Shown here piece by piece: positions 15,699-24,075 of a stretch of DNA of 43,659 nucleotides. Every line of letters begins with the position of its first letter. Position 1 is the stretch's first letter. The stretch covers positions 1 to 43,659 of the forward strand of contig DFZI01000047.1 in NCBI GenBank assembly GCA_002383665.1, written 5' to 3'. The translations under genes were made by a program, and so were the position numbers. Source of the stretch: Dehalococcoidia bacterium UBA4060. Its GTDB lineage: Bacteria > Chloroflexota > Dehalococcoidia > GIF9 > UBA5629. The notes under the pieces were generated by a model. It worked only from the letters and a program-made list of their open reading frames with translations, was not told where the DNA came from and did not search any database.

Positions 15699-18083
15699 AT
15701 GGACGATTTAAAAAACGTATTTGACAAGATCGAAAAGGCTGAATCGATCCTTAAAGAACTAGAAAGGAAACGTGAAATAGAATTCCCTGAAAAAAACGTT
15801 GTCCATAAGCTTAGCAAGGAACAACAAAATGCTATCGACGGTGCTAGGCATGCGCTGGCATCGATCAAAGACAAACTCAATAAAGAGCTGGCCGTCCACA
15901 CGCTGGAACTGGATAAATCCCAGGAGGATCTTGCTTTATTACAAACCAGGCTCAAGGTGGGAGAGATTAGCGAAGCCGAATTCCAGGATAGAAGCAAACA
16001 CGTCATTGACAGGATAAAGTCATTAGAGAAAAAGGTAGTTGAAATCCAGAGCCTGATCAATACCAAATTCACCGAAGATGTAGTTTCCACCGCAGAATCA
16101 GGTCAGATCGTGCCCACTGCTCCTTCTGAACAGTCTATCTCCGAGCAGAGCAAGCAGCCACAAGAAGCCGGGGCCAAGACAGTTATTCAGAGAGAAGCCA
16201 GTTCACCCGTGATCTGGGCAACAAACCCTGAAACTGACATGATAAGAACGGCTCCGGCAACCGGGAATTCGACGCCAGAACAAGAGACAGAGACAGCTCC
16301 CGCTACAAATCCTCAAGCAGCGGAAGAAATAACTGGCCCGACAATGAAGAAAGGCGATAATGAGATGGCGGGTGAAGAAAAAATCAAGGGAAGCCCAGGA
16401 GAGCCTGTCACGCTTAAACCGCATAAGCCCTCTTTTCATCTTCACCCTTTAAGTGAGCCTCCGGTTAAAAAAGATACCCACAGGAAACCCACCATGCTGA
16501 GTAAAAACCGTGCCCTTTGGATAATGATCCTTGCCGTTATAGCCGGACTGCTGCTGGTCTCGGGCATCCTGTTCTTTATACCCCGAACAGGATCCAACAT
16601 AGGTAATAAAGCCCCAGATTTCGCCATGCAACTCAGCAGTGAAAGTATGTCTTCATTGAGCACATTCCGCGGCACCAGCGTGATACTCGTTTTCTGGGAC
16701 CGTGATTTCTGGGACGATCAGTTCTTCCATGTCAACGGTGTTGCCCGCAAATTATATACTCCAGATAAACTTAACCAGATATATGATCAGACTCCCCACA
16801 ATGAGCTTGCCATCATAGCCATTGCCTCGGGCACCACCAACAGCGAGGTCGACCGGCTGATTAAGGACTATGAAATAAAATTCCCTGTCATCGTCGATTC
16901 GTTCGGCAAGCTACGTGCAAGCTACAATGTCACAGAGGAGCCAACTTATATCTTTATCGACAAAGGTGGTGTGATACGTGCCCGCGTGGAAGGGCCTCTA
17001 ACCGACATGTCTTCACTGGAACAGATAATATATTCCGTCTCAAAAAACGATCCGATCAAGCCGGTGAAGCCTCCCATATCCGATGTGATCATCCAATCAA
17101 TAACCGAAAAAAGCGCTATTATTAACTGGACCACTTCCACTCCTACCACCACGCAGGTAGACATCGACGGGAAGAATATCCAGACCGTGATCACAACAGC
17201 GCCAACCACCCTGCATTCCCTGAGTCTGCGGGACCTCGAGCCTGCCACATCCTATCATATCCGTATCATTTACAATATCAATAATATCAATGTGTCAGAA
17301 CATTCATTCAGCGCCCTTACAGAAACAGTTGTTTCCAGGCGCTACATCCTGACTACTTCGAGTCAGGATACAACTTATCCTGAAATTTCAGGCATCAGCA
17401 CAGGGTTCATTACTGATTCTTCCATTACAGTATCATGGAAGACGGATGAGCCTGCCACAGGGGATATTGATTATGGCACAAGCAGGGAGTACAAAGATAC
17501 GGCCTCCCAAGTAAGCAACCTGTCCATCTGGCACACGGTAAAGATCGAAGGCCTGAAACCCGATACTCTATATTATCTAAAACTGCGCTCCCGCGACGCC
17601 AGCGGCAAGGAGACTGCGCAGGAGCTTGAAGCTGTTAAAACACTGAGTGCAATAGAGATTGCACCCGTTTTGGGCAAGCGTGCGCCTGATTTCACACTGT
17701 ATGCGCTTGACGGCACCAAATTTACCCTCAGCCAGTTCCTCGGCAAGCGGATATTGCTAAATTTCTGGTTGGAAGGCTGCCCGCCCTGCGAGATGGAGAT
17801 GCCGCTTATCCAGAAGGCATTCGATAAGTATAACAGAGATGAGCTGATCATACTGGCTGTAAATGTCCGCGGGGATGTAGACCAGGTAAATTATTATATA
17901 GGCACACAGAAGTTCACCTTCCCAGTTCTGCTGGATACAAACGGGGATGTAGACAGCATTTACAGGGCACCTTATTTCCCGACATCCTACTTTATTGACT
18001 CAACCGGCATCATCCGTCATATAGCAACCGAGCGTTTCCAATCGATCAGCGAAATCGATGAAATCCTAAGTAAGCTGGACTAA
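15699..18083 (+). CDS. Multidomain membrane protein: N-terminal coiled coil, low-complexity linker, one TM, Cys-less TlpA-like domain, two FN3-like domains, C-terminal TlpA-like domain (CPPC)
   Basis: The TM is at about aa 272-294. The first domain reads APDFAMQL...VFWDRDFWDD, with no Cys. The two FN3-like modules read AIINWTTSTPTTTQVDIDG and ITVSWKTDEPATGDIDYGTS...LKPDTLYYLKLRS. The last domain reads APDFTLYAL...NFWLEGCPPCEMEMP...YFPTSYFID. C694 and C697 are the only Cys residues. Confidence 0.75.
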   Translation: MDDLKNVFDKIEKAESILKELERKREIEFPEKNVVHKLSKEQQNAIDGARHALASIKDKLNKELAVHTLELDKSQEDLALLQTRLKVGEISEAEFQDRSKHVIDRIKSLEKKVVEIQSLINTKFTEDVVSTAESGQIVPTAPSEQSISEQSKQPQEAGAKTVIQREASSPVIWATNPETDMIRTAPATGNSTPEQETETAPATNPQAAEEITGPTMKKGDNEMAGEEKIKGSPGEPVTLKPHKPSFHLHPLSEPPVKKDTHRKPTMLSKNRALWIMILAVIAGLLLVSGILFFIPRTGSNIGNKAPDFAMQLSSESMSSLSTFRGTSVILVFWDRDFWDDQFFHVNGVARKLYTPDKLNQIYDQTPHNELAIIAIASGTTNSEVDRLIKDYEIKFPVIVDSFGKLRASYNVTEEPTYIFIDKGGVIRARVEGPLTDMSSLEQIIYSVSKNDPIKPVKPPISDVIIQSITEKSAIINWTTSTPTTTQVDIDGKNIQTVITTAPTTLHSLSLRDLEPATSYHIRIIYNINNINVSEHSFSALTETVVSRRYILTTSSQDTTYPEISGISTGFITDSSITVSWKTDEPATGDIDYGTSREYKDTASQVSNLSIWHTVKIEGLKPDTLYYLKLRSRDASGKETAQELEAVKTLSAIEIAPVLGKRAPDFTLYALDGTKFTLSQFLGKRILLNFWLEGCPPCEMEMPLIQKAFDKYNRDELIILAVNVRGDVDQVNYYIGTQKFTFPVLLDTNGDVDSIYRAPYFPTSYFIDSTGIIRHIATERFQSISEIDEILSKLD

Positions 18084-18140
18084 GTAGCCTGGATTCTGTA
18101 TAAACCAGCTAATGCTGTACCGAAAAAGGAGGCTTCAGGG

Positions 18141-19412
18141 GTGTACGGTGACGCAGAAAAATCTACGGACAACCCGCTAAATAGGCTGCCCGCACCTGTA
18201 ACCAATCTGCTGAAAAGGGCAGGAGGGGAGGCAACAAGATCAAGCAGCAGCCTTTACCTCGTCGGTGGAATCGTACGTGACCTCCTCCTGGGCAGGCCCG
18301 GCAAAGACATCGACCTCATGGTCGAGGGCAATGCCTTTGACCTGGCAGAAAAGCTGGCAACGCAGGAAAATGCCAAACTTACATTGCATAAAAAGTTCGG
18401 AACCGCTACATTTTATTTTCAGGATTATCGCATTGACCTATCCACCTGTCGCAGTGAAATATATCCGAGGCCCGGGGCACTTCCTGATGTGAAACCGGGA
18501 AATATCAGAGATGACCTTTTCCGCCGGGATTTCACCATCAATGCCATGGCGATCGATCTCAGCCCCGACCATTACGGCCGGTTGATCGACTTGTATGGCG
18601 GCAGAGCCGACCTGGCCGACGGCCTCATCCGTGTCCTGCATGATAAAAGCTTTCAGGATGACGCTACACGCATAATGCGGGCGGTTCGCTATGAGCAGCG
18701 GTTGGGGTTCAGACTCGAAGCCAAAACGGAAAATTTGCTCAGATGCAACCTGCCTCTGCTGGACACTATCAGCAGTGAACGTCTGCGCAACGAGGTCGCA
18801 CTATGGCTGGCCGAAGAGGCACCGGAAAAGATACTGCTACGTGCCGAGGAGCTGGGTATACTCAAAAAGATCCATCCCTCCCTGCGCTGGGACAACAAAC
18901 TCTCCATAGCCTTCAGACGTGCGTCACTGCTGCCGGACAGGGCCAATATGGAGTCACTTTATTTTTGTCTTCTGGCTTACCGTCTATCTGAAAACTGTCT
19001 GCTTGAGTTGCTGCAGCGCCTTAACCTGACGGGCACCAGGCTCGATCTGCTCACTCACCGCACACTGGAGATTAAAAACAGACGCGATCTGCTTTTAAAG
19101 GATAGCCTGAAAAATTCAGAGCTTTACTTTTTATTAAATGGCTACCCGTTAACATCGATTCAGACCAACTTTTTATACCCCAACCCCCGCCGGATGCGCA
19201 GCCGCCTCAGGCTTTACCTGAATAAGCTATCCAGAATACGGACTCTTACCAGTGGCACCAGGTTGATGGCGCTGGGCATGAAGGAGGGGCCTGCCACGGG
19301 CAAAATCCTGAGGGCTTTACTGGCTGCGAGGCTGGATGGCAAAGTGAAAACCCGCAGTGAGGAAGAACAATTGGCGCTCACCCTGGCCACTAATGAAACC
19401 AGCCTCCAATAA
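18141..19412 (+). CDS. tRNA nucleotidyltransferase (CCA-adding) / poly(A) polymerase family protein
   Basis: GGIVRDLLLGRPGKDIDL head-domain motif and RRDFTINAM. GTG start with an AAGGAGG SD at 18126-18132. Confidence 0.8.
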   Translation: MYGDAEKSTDNPLNRLPAPVTNLLKRAGGEATRSSSSLYLVGGIVRDLLLGRPGKDIDLMVEGNAFDLAEKLATQENAKLTLHKKFGTATFYFQDYRIDLSTCRSEIYPRPGALPDVKPGNIRDDLFRRDFTINAMAIDLSPDHYGRLIDLYGGRADLADGLIRVLHDKSFQDDATRIMRAVRYEQRLGFRLEAKTENLLRCNLPLLDTISSERLRNEVALWLAEEAPEKILLRAEELGILKKIHPSLRWDNKLSIAFRRASLLPDRANMESLYFCLLAYRLSENCLLELLQRLNLTGTRLDLLTHRTLEIKNRRDLLLKDSLKNSELYFLLNGYPLTSIQTNFLYPNPRRMRSRLRLYLNKLSRIRTLTSGTRLMALGMKEGPATGKILRALLAARLDGKVKTRSEEEQLALTLATNETSLQ

Positions 19413-19989
19413 ACACGGCGGCCTGCTGCCACAGGCAGGTAACCAGGAGTATTCGCAACAGCTTACCACACCAGGCCGATAGCAGGAATCTCCACCAGCG
19501 TATTTTAAGAGCACCGGCTGCCATTCCGACCAGGTCGAACAAAAGGACAGGCACCAACGCCACTCCGAATATCGCCCAGATCCCGTATCGATTCATCCAT
19601 GCAACAGCCTTCCGATAGGCAGGCATATGCTCGTCGACAATCATCCTTTCCCCGATATAGCCCACCCAGTACGAAGTCAATTCGCCGATGGCATCTCCGG
19701 TGCCGGCTGCAATTGCGACCAGCAGCGGATTCCACACCGTTGCTGCCGCCAATGTAAAGGCCAGGCCCGGAGCTGGAACAAATATCGTAGCACTGCTCAG
19801 CAGGCTCAGGATAAAAACAAGGATATAGGCCAGCCAGCCATAGCTGCGCAAAGAAACATCATATATATTTTGAAACCTGTAGAGCAGGAAGGCGATGCCG
19901 GCTGATAGCACCAGCATACCCAGGATGAACAATATTTCCCTTACCCATTTGTTTTTTTCCGGGGTTTTTGCACTTTTTTCAGTAGCCAA
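19390..19989 (-). CDS. YqaA/DedA-like (VTT domain) membrane protein
   Basis: FVPAPGLAFTLAAA...GTGDAIGELTSYWVGY in a multi-TM protein. Its 3' end overlaps the convergent cca-family gene by 23 nt. Confidence 0.6.
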   Translation of the reverse strand: MATEKSAKTPEKNKWVREILFILGMLVLSAGIAFLLYRFQNIYDVSLRSYGWLAYILVFILSLLSSATIFVPAPGLAFTLAAATVWNPLLVAIAAGTGDAIGELTSYWVGYIGERMIVDEHMPAYRKAVAWMNRYGIWAIFGVALVPVLLFDLVGMAAGALKIRWWRFLLSAWCGKLLRILLVTCLWQQAAVFIGGWFH

Positions 19990-20845
19990 GCTCCCTCCTG
20001 CTCAACGATGGCACGACCAGCGCCCTCAGTCCGAGGGCCTTTAGCTTCTCTCCCAGCGTCTGAGCCTCCTCTTGCCGGGTCAGCATCTTGAAGATTAGCG
20101 GACCTGAGCCTGCCAGATGTACATCACCACCGCCAGCACCTGCAAAAATCTTCCAGTATGACTCAAGAGCGGGGTAAGCCCTGAAGGCCACTGCCTCAAA
20201 TGTATTGAACAGGTGTTGCGGCCCAAGAGGCTCTCCCGCCTCAAGCTTGCTGCGCAGGATAGAAGTAAGCTTCCCATCGGTATAAATCTCGCGGGATACC
20301 ATTTTGTACAGTTCACCCGTCTTTCCCGGCAGGGGTTGAAAGTCGGGTGCAAGCAACACAAACCAGGCTTGCTGCATATCAGGCAAAGAGGTCAGTCGTT
20401 CACCCCTTCCCTCTACCAGGCAGGTGCCACCTTCGATAAAAAACGGCACATCCGAGCCGATCTCGGCGGCCATCATGATCAGATCATCTTTGCTGCAGCC
20501 GAGGGACCACAACTCGTTCAGAGCAAGCAGCGTAATTGCTGCATCGCTGCTGCCTCCACCCAGACCTGCATCCATATATATTTTCTTACGCAGGCTGATA
20601 GTCGCACCTCCCCTGTAACCTCCTTCCTGTTGCAACATCCTGGCCGCCTTCAGCACCAGGTTATCACCGTTCTGGAGTGCGGCCACATTGCAATGCAATG
20701 ATAAGGAAGAGGAATTCTCAAAGCACAGCTCGTCATACAGGCCCAGCGTCTGCATAATGCTGACAATATCATGGTATCCGTCAGGGCGTCGGCTCAGTAT
20801 TTCCAGCGTCAGGTTCACCTTAGCAGGAGCCTTCATTCTGAGCAT
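19979..20845 (-). CDS. ispE: 4-diphosphocytidyl-2-C-methyl-D-erythritol kinase
   Basis: APAKVNLTLEILSRRPDGYH and the GHMP kinase motif GLGGGSSDAA. Confidence 0.85.
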   Translation of the reverse strand: MLRMKAPAKVNLTLEILSRRPDGYHDIVSIMQTLGLYDELCFENSSSLSLHCNVAALQNGDNLVLKAARMLQQEGGYRGGATISLRKKIYMDAGLGGGSSDAAITLLALNELWSLGCSKDDLIMMAAEIGSDVPFFIEGGTCLVEGRGERLTSLPDMQQAWFVLLAPDFQPLPGKTGELYKMVSREIYTDGKLTSILRSKLEAGEPLGPQHLFNTFEAVAFRAYPALESYWKIFAGAGGGDVHLAGSGPLIFKMLTRQEEAQTLGEKLKALGLRALVVPSLSRRELGY

Positions 20846-21693
20846 AGGGTGCCCCCCGCAGCTTTATACAAGAGTGCCCATTCATCAAGCGAGAGCGTGG
20901 CTGGTCTTCTCTGTGGATCTATGCCCGCATCAGACAATATCTTATCGGCTTCATCCGGCTCCATCTTCAGGCCGATCGCCAACGAGTTACGTATCATCTT
21001 GCGAGGTGCGCTGAAGCCATAGTGAATGAGCTGCAGAAAATTTTCCGGATTTTCCACATTAACGGCAGGCTTTGGCAGCATATCAAACCTCACAACAGCC
21101 GAATCCACCGCGGGAGCAGGATAAAAGCTGGCTGCCGGCGCCCGGCATACGATCGACGGGTGGCTGTATATCCTCATGCTCACAGACAGAAAATTCATCC
21201 TGCCCGGCGGGGCAGTGATTGCTTCGGCAACTTCCTTCTGCATCATAATAATCATCAACAATGGCCGCTTCACTGCATTCATAAAATAATGCAATACAGG
21301 AGAGGTTATATAATAAGGAATATTGGCAACAACCTTGTAGTTTTCGGAGCCATGCAACACATCCATCAGGTCCAACTTGAGTATATCTGAACAGATTACC
21401 TCCACATTTCCCAGTCTTTTCATCTTCTGTTGCAAATATCTGGCCAGGCTACCGTCAAGCTCCACCGCAACTACCCTGCCTGCCCTCCTGGCTATCTCCC
21501 CCGTAAGCACACCCATACCAGGCCCCACCTCAATGACTGTATCACCGACAGATAACCCTGCCTCATTGATTATGGCATCCCTGACGCTATTATCAATCAG
21601 GAAATTCTGTCCAAGGCTCTTCCTGGCCTTTATCCCGGTGCTGTGCAATAGCCGCCCGGCGTGATCAAAATGTTTGATTTTTTTTTGCGGCAC
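20833..21693 (-). CDS. rsmA: 16S rRNA (adenine1518/1519-N6) dimethyltransferase RsmA/KsgA
   Basis: KSLGQNFLIDN and VIEVGPGMGVLT (SAM motif). Start reassigned to the GTG at 21693 (VPQKKIKHFDHAGRLLHSTGIKARKSLGQNFL), because the listed 347-aa ORF runs through the SRP RNA. Confidence 0.8.
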   Translation of the reverse strand: MPQKKIKHFDHAGRLLHSTGIKARKSLGQNFLIDNSVRDAIINEAGLSVGDTVIEVGPGMGVLTGEIARRAGRVVAVELDGSLARYLQQKMKRLGNVEVICSDILKLDLMDVLHGSENYKVVANIPYYITSPVLHYFMNAVKRPLLMIIMMQKEVAEAITAPPGRMNFLSVSMRIYSHPSIVCRAPAASFYPAPAVDSAVVRFDMLPKPAVNVENPENFLQLIHYGFSAPRKMIRNSLAIGLKMEPDEADKILSDAGIDPQRRPATLSLDEWALLYKAAGGTLCSE

Positions 21694-21718
21694 ATTAATA
21701 AGTTTATCTGAATCAAAT

Positions 21719-21987
21719 GGGCCGTGCACCGGCTGTCGATGATATTCTTCGGCTTGCTCAGGCCAGCCAACTCGGACCAGGTATACCTGCGTCACCCGGA
21801 GTCTACTATTTACCGTTGCTTCCTTCCGGACCTGACGGGGTTCATAGCTCTCCGCCGCACAGGACCCGACCTTCAACGCCGCTTGTCCCCTGCAGTATCA
21901 AAAAATAACACCTCGAGCCGGGATTCGTCCCCGCTATAGCGGATCTCGGGTACAGGGCACCGCTAGTTCCCCGCTTAGCACGGCCCA
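21719..21987 (-). ncRNA. ffs: Signal recognition particle RNA, long Bacillus type with Alu domain (about 268 nt)
   Basis: The minus strand reads GGGCCGUGCUAAGCGGGGA.UAGCGGUGCCCUGUACC..AUCCGCUAUAGCGGGGACGAAUCCC, then GGGUCCUGUGC, then CCCGUCAGGUCCGGAAGGAAGCAACGG (domain IV motif), then AUCGACAGCCGGUGCACGGCCC. The 5' GGGCCGUGC pairs with the 3' GCACGGCCC. Closely parallels B. subtilis scRNA. Confidence 0.85.
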
Positions 21988-21993
21988 GCTATA

Positions 21994-22022
21994 ATACTAC
22001 TTCCTGCCGATACACTTTTCAA
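21994..22022 (-). promoter_or_regulatory. Candidate promoter of the SRP RNA
   Basis: The minus strand reads TTGAAA (22022-22017), 17 nt, TAGTAT (21999-21994). The predicted TSS at about 21987 coincides with the 5' end of the closing helix. Confidence 0.45.
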
Positions 22023-22024
22023 GG

Positions 22025-22756
22025 TCATACACCAAATTTCAGCCTGTTGATCAGAGCCACGGGCAGGCCTGCTTTCTCCATCTTGGCCTGGGTTGTTTTA
22101 ACATCATACTCAACACGGTAATGATAGATCTCTCCTTTATCCGAATCATATATGCCGAAGGCCGCACGGGGATCATGGTCTCTCGGCTGGCCAACACTCC
22201 CGGAATTAATGATCAGACGTTTCTCACCCAACCTCAGCATATCGCCGTCACTCATATAGCCCTCGTTAACCATCAGGCCATCCTCTTCAAAAACAAATGG
22301 CATATGCGTATGCCCCACCAGGCAATAATGCGTACTGAAATGCTCGAAATTGTCCGCTGCCGTAAATGCATACGCGATATATTCCCATACCGGCAGACGG
22401 GGGCTGCCATGCACAAGCATAAAATCGTCTTCGTTTATCTTTTCGGGAAGATTCACCAAGTATCTTTTATCCTCATCGGAGAGCATATCTGATGTCCAGC
22501 GGTTAGCCATGGCGGCATCCGCATTGAAGTCGCCGACATCGATCTTGCCCGTGGCGGCCTGGTCATGGTTGCCACAGACGCACACCGGATCAAACTGTCT
22601 TACCAGCTCCAAGCAGGCCACCGGATCAGGACCATATCCTACAATATCTCCCAGACACCATACCCTCTCAAAACCACCATGATCCTTTGCAGCCTCCAGC
22701 ACAGTCTGAAGAGCCTCCAAGTTGCTGTGAACATCAGCGATTATAAGGTATCTCAC
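22025..22756 (-). CDS. Calcineurin-like metallophosphoesterase (YfcE/MJ0936-like)
   Basis: IIADVHSNLEAL, GDIVGYGPDP, CGNHD, VHGSP and GHTH motifs. Start probably the GTG at 22756 (VRYLIIADVH). Confidence 0.75.
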   Translation of the reverse strand: MRYLIIADVHSNLEALQTVLEAAKDHGGFERVWCLGDIVGYGPDPVACLELVRQFDPVCVCGNHDQAATGKIDVGDFNADAAMANRWTSDMLSDEDKRYLVNLPEKINEDDFMLVHGSPRLPVWEYIAYAFTAADNFEHFSTHYCLVGHTHMPFVFEEDGLMVNEGYMSDGDMLRLGEKRLIINSGSVGQPRDHDPRAAFGIYDSDKGEIYHYRVEYDVKTTQAKMEKAGLPVALINRLKFGV

Positions 22757-22765
22757 GGAAACCGG

Positions 22766-22774
22766 ATTATAGCA
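22766..22774 (-). promoter_or_regulatory. Extended -10 box TGcTATAAT upstream of the metallophosphoesterase
   Basis: The minus strand reads tttaTGcTATAATccggtttccGTG. There are 9 nt between the -10 and the GTG, and no SD. Confidence 0.4.
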
Positions 22775-22817
22775 TAAAACAACGCCCACCCACCCTATAA
22801 AAAGTGTCTTTGTACTG

Positions 22818-23495
22818 CTATTGCTCGGTTATGATAACCTCGATCATTTTGTCACCATTAACAAGCTTATTCAGCACATCCATACCGGCAATGCACTGGC
22901 CGAACACGGTATGCTTGCCGTCCAGATGCGGCTGCGGCGCATAGCAGATAAAAAACTGGCTGCCGTTGGTATTCGGGCCAGAATTGGCCATGGAAAGAGC
23001 GCCTGTAATATGTTTGCGCTGGCTGAACTCATCCTGAAATTTGTATCCAGGCCCTCCTGTGCCATTGCCGTTGGGATCACCACCCTGCGCCATAAAACCG
23101 GGTATAACACGATGGAAGGTCAGACCGTTATAAAACCCCTTCCTAGCCAGGCTAACGAAATTGTTCACGGTGACGGGTGCATCCTTGGGATAAAGCTCCA
23201 GGACAATATCACCCTTGGCCGTTTTGATCGTGGCAGTATATTTTTTGTTCAAATCTATGATCATAGGTATGGGCGACTTGAGGCTGCTGCTGTCGGGGGA
23301 ATTTTTCGCTTGTTCAAATGGCATTTTAATCACTCCTATTAGCCCCAGGGTCAATATTACCCCTGCAATAACGATAACGGAGCCGATCGTCAATACGATG
23401 TTTCTGTTCCTGTACCATGGTATACCCTGGGCCGGCCTATTTTTCTTTACTTTGCCTTTGGTCTGGCTGTGTGCTTTTTTACCTTTCTTCGACAT
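22818..23495 (-). CDS. Cyclophilin-type peptidyl-prolyl cis-trans isomerase, N-terminally membrane-anchored
   Basis: [15 protein letters not shown] and [16 protein letters not shown]. Lys-rich N-terminus plus a TM ([23 protein letters not shown]). Confidence 0.85.
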   Translation of the reverse strand: MSKKGKKAHSQTKGKVKKNRPAQGIPWYRNRNIVLTIGSVIVIAGVILTLGLIGVIKMPFEQAKNSPDSSSLKSPIPMIIDLNKKYTATIKTAKGDIVLELYPKDAPVTVNNFVSLARKGFYNGLTFHRVIPGFMAQGGDPNGNGTGGPGYKFQDEFSQRKHITGALSMANSGPNTNGSQFFICYAPQPHLDGKHTVFGQCIAGMDVLNKLVNGDKMIEVIITEQ

Positions 23496-23608
23496 GCCTT
23501 TACAATTTTCCTCTCACTTAAATCAGTTAATTAGTGTAGTAATATAATTATTAGGAGATTGCTCTTCTTAGGATCCACATGGCTGTGCCGGTGAAAGACC
23601 GGCAGGAG

Positions 23609-23965
23609 CTACCATGCTCCAAAAACATCATTATAACCCATGACCAGTCTGACCAGCATATAGATCAGGAAAGCTGCACCAACCACAAAAATACATATAA
23701 ACACCATGCGCCACAAAAGACCCCAGGCCAAACCCCACGTCGGTTTGACTTCAACCCGGCTCTGTGTGCGGGCCTGCACAGCCGTTTGGGGCAACATGGG
23801 ACTGACAGATGCCGCGATTGGAGCAGGATTGACCACACCGGTTACAATGGGCGTGTGCGATTCAGGTCGTTGTGTATTTGCAAGGTGTGCCCCACATGAC
23901 ATACAGAACTGCTGACCGGCAGAATTCTGAGAGCCGCAATTAGGACATACAACCATCTGCTGCAT
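23609..23965 (-). CDS. Zinc-ribbon domain membrane protein
   Basis: N-terminal CPNCGSQNSAGQQFCMSCG zinc ribbon and a C-terminal TM (MVFICIFVVGAAFLIYMLV). GGAAGGTGA SD. Confidence 0.6.
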   Translation of the reverse strand: MQQMVVCPNCGSQNSAGQQFCMSCGAHLANTQRPESHTPIVTGVVNPAPIAASVSPMLPQTAVQARTQSRVEVKPTWGLAWGLLWRMVFICIFVVGAAFLIYMLVRLVMGYNDVFGAW

Positions 23966-24042
23966 TTTTCACCTTCCTGGTGATATTTTCCTGCATTATA
24001 TACATGGCACTGACATCTGGCAAGAGAGCCTGAATCCTTTCG

Positions 24043-24069
24043 TAGACATCAGTCGGCCTATGCTATAAT
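24043..24069 (+). promoter_or_regulatory. Candidate promoter of thiL-tsaE-tsaB (extended -10)
   Basis: TAGACA (24043-24048), 15 nt, TGcTATAAT (24061-24069). The ATG at 24076 lies 6 nt after the -10. Confidence 0.45.
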
Positions 24070-24075
24070 CACGCC

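Noticed and set aside
21694-21876. N-terminal 61 codons of the listed 347-aa ksgA ORF
   Set aside because: This stretch is occupied by the highly conserved SRP RNA on the same strand. The KsgA homology starts only after 21693, and the extension has no KsgA-like sequence.
23586-23604. Hairpin TGCCGG-tgaaaga-CCGGCA after the zinc-ribbon gene stop, considered as a terminator
   Set aside because: The stem is only 6 bp and no U-tract follows on the minus strand. This is too weak to call.
23966-24075. Possible TPP riboswitch upstream of thiL
   Set aside because: The gap is only 110 nt and lacks the conserved CUGAGA / ACCUGA elements. It looks like a simple promoter.
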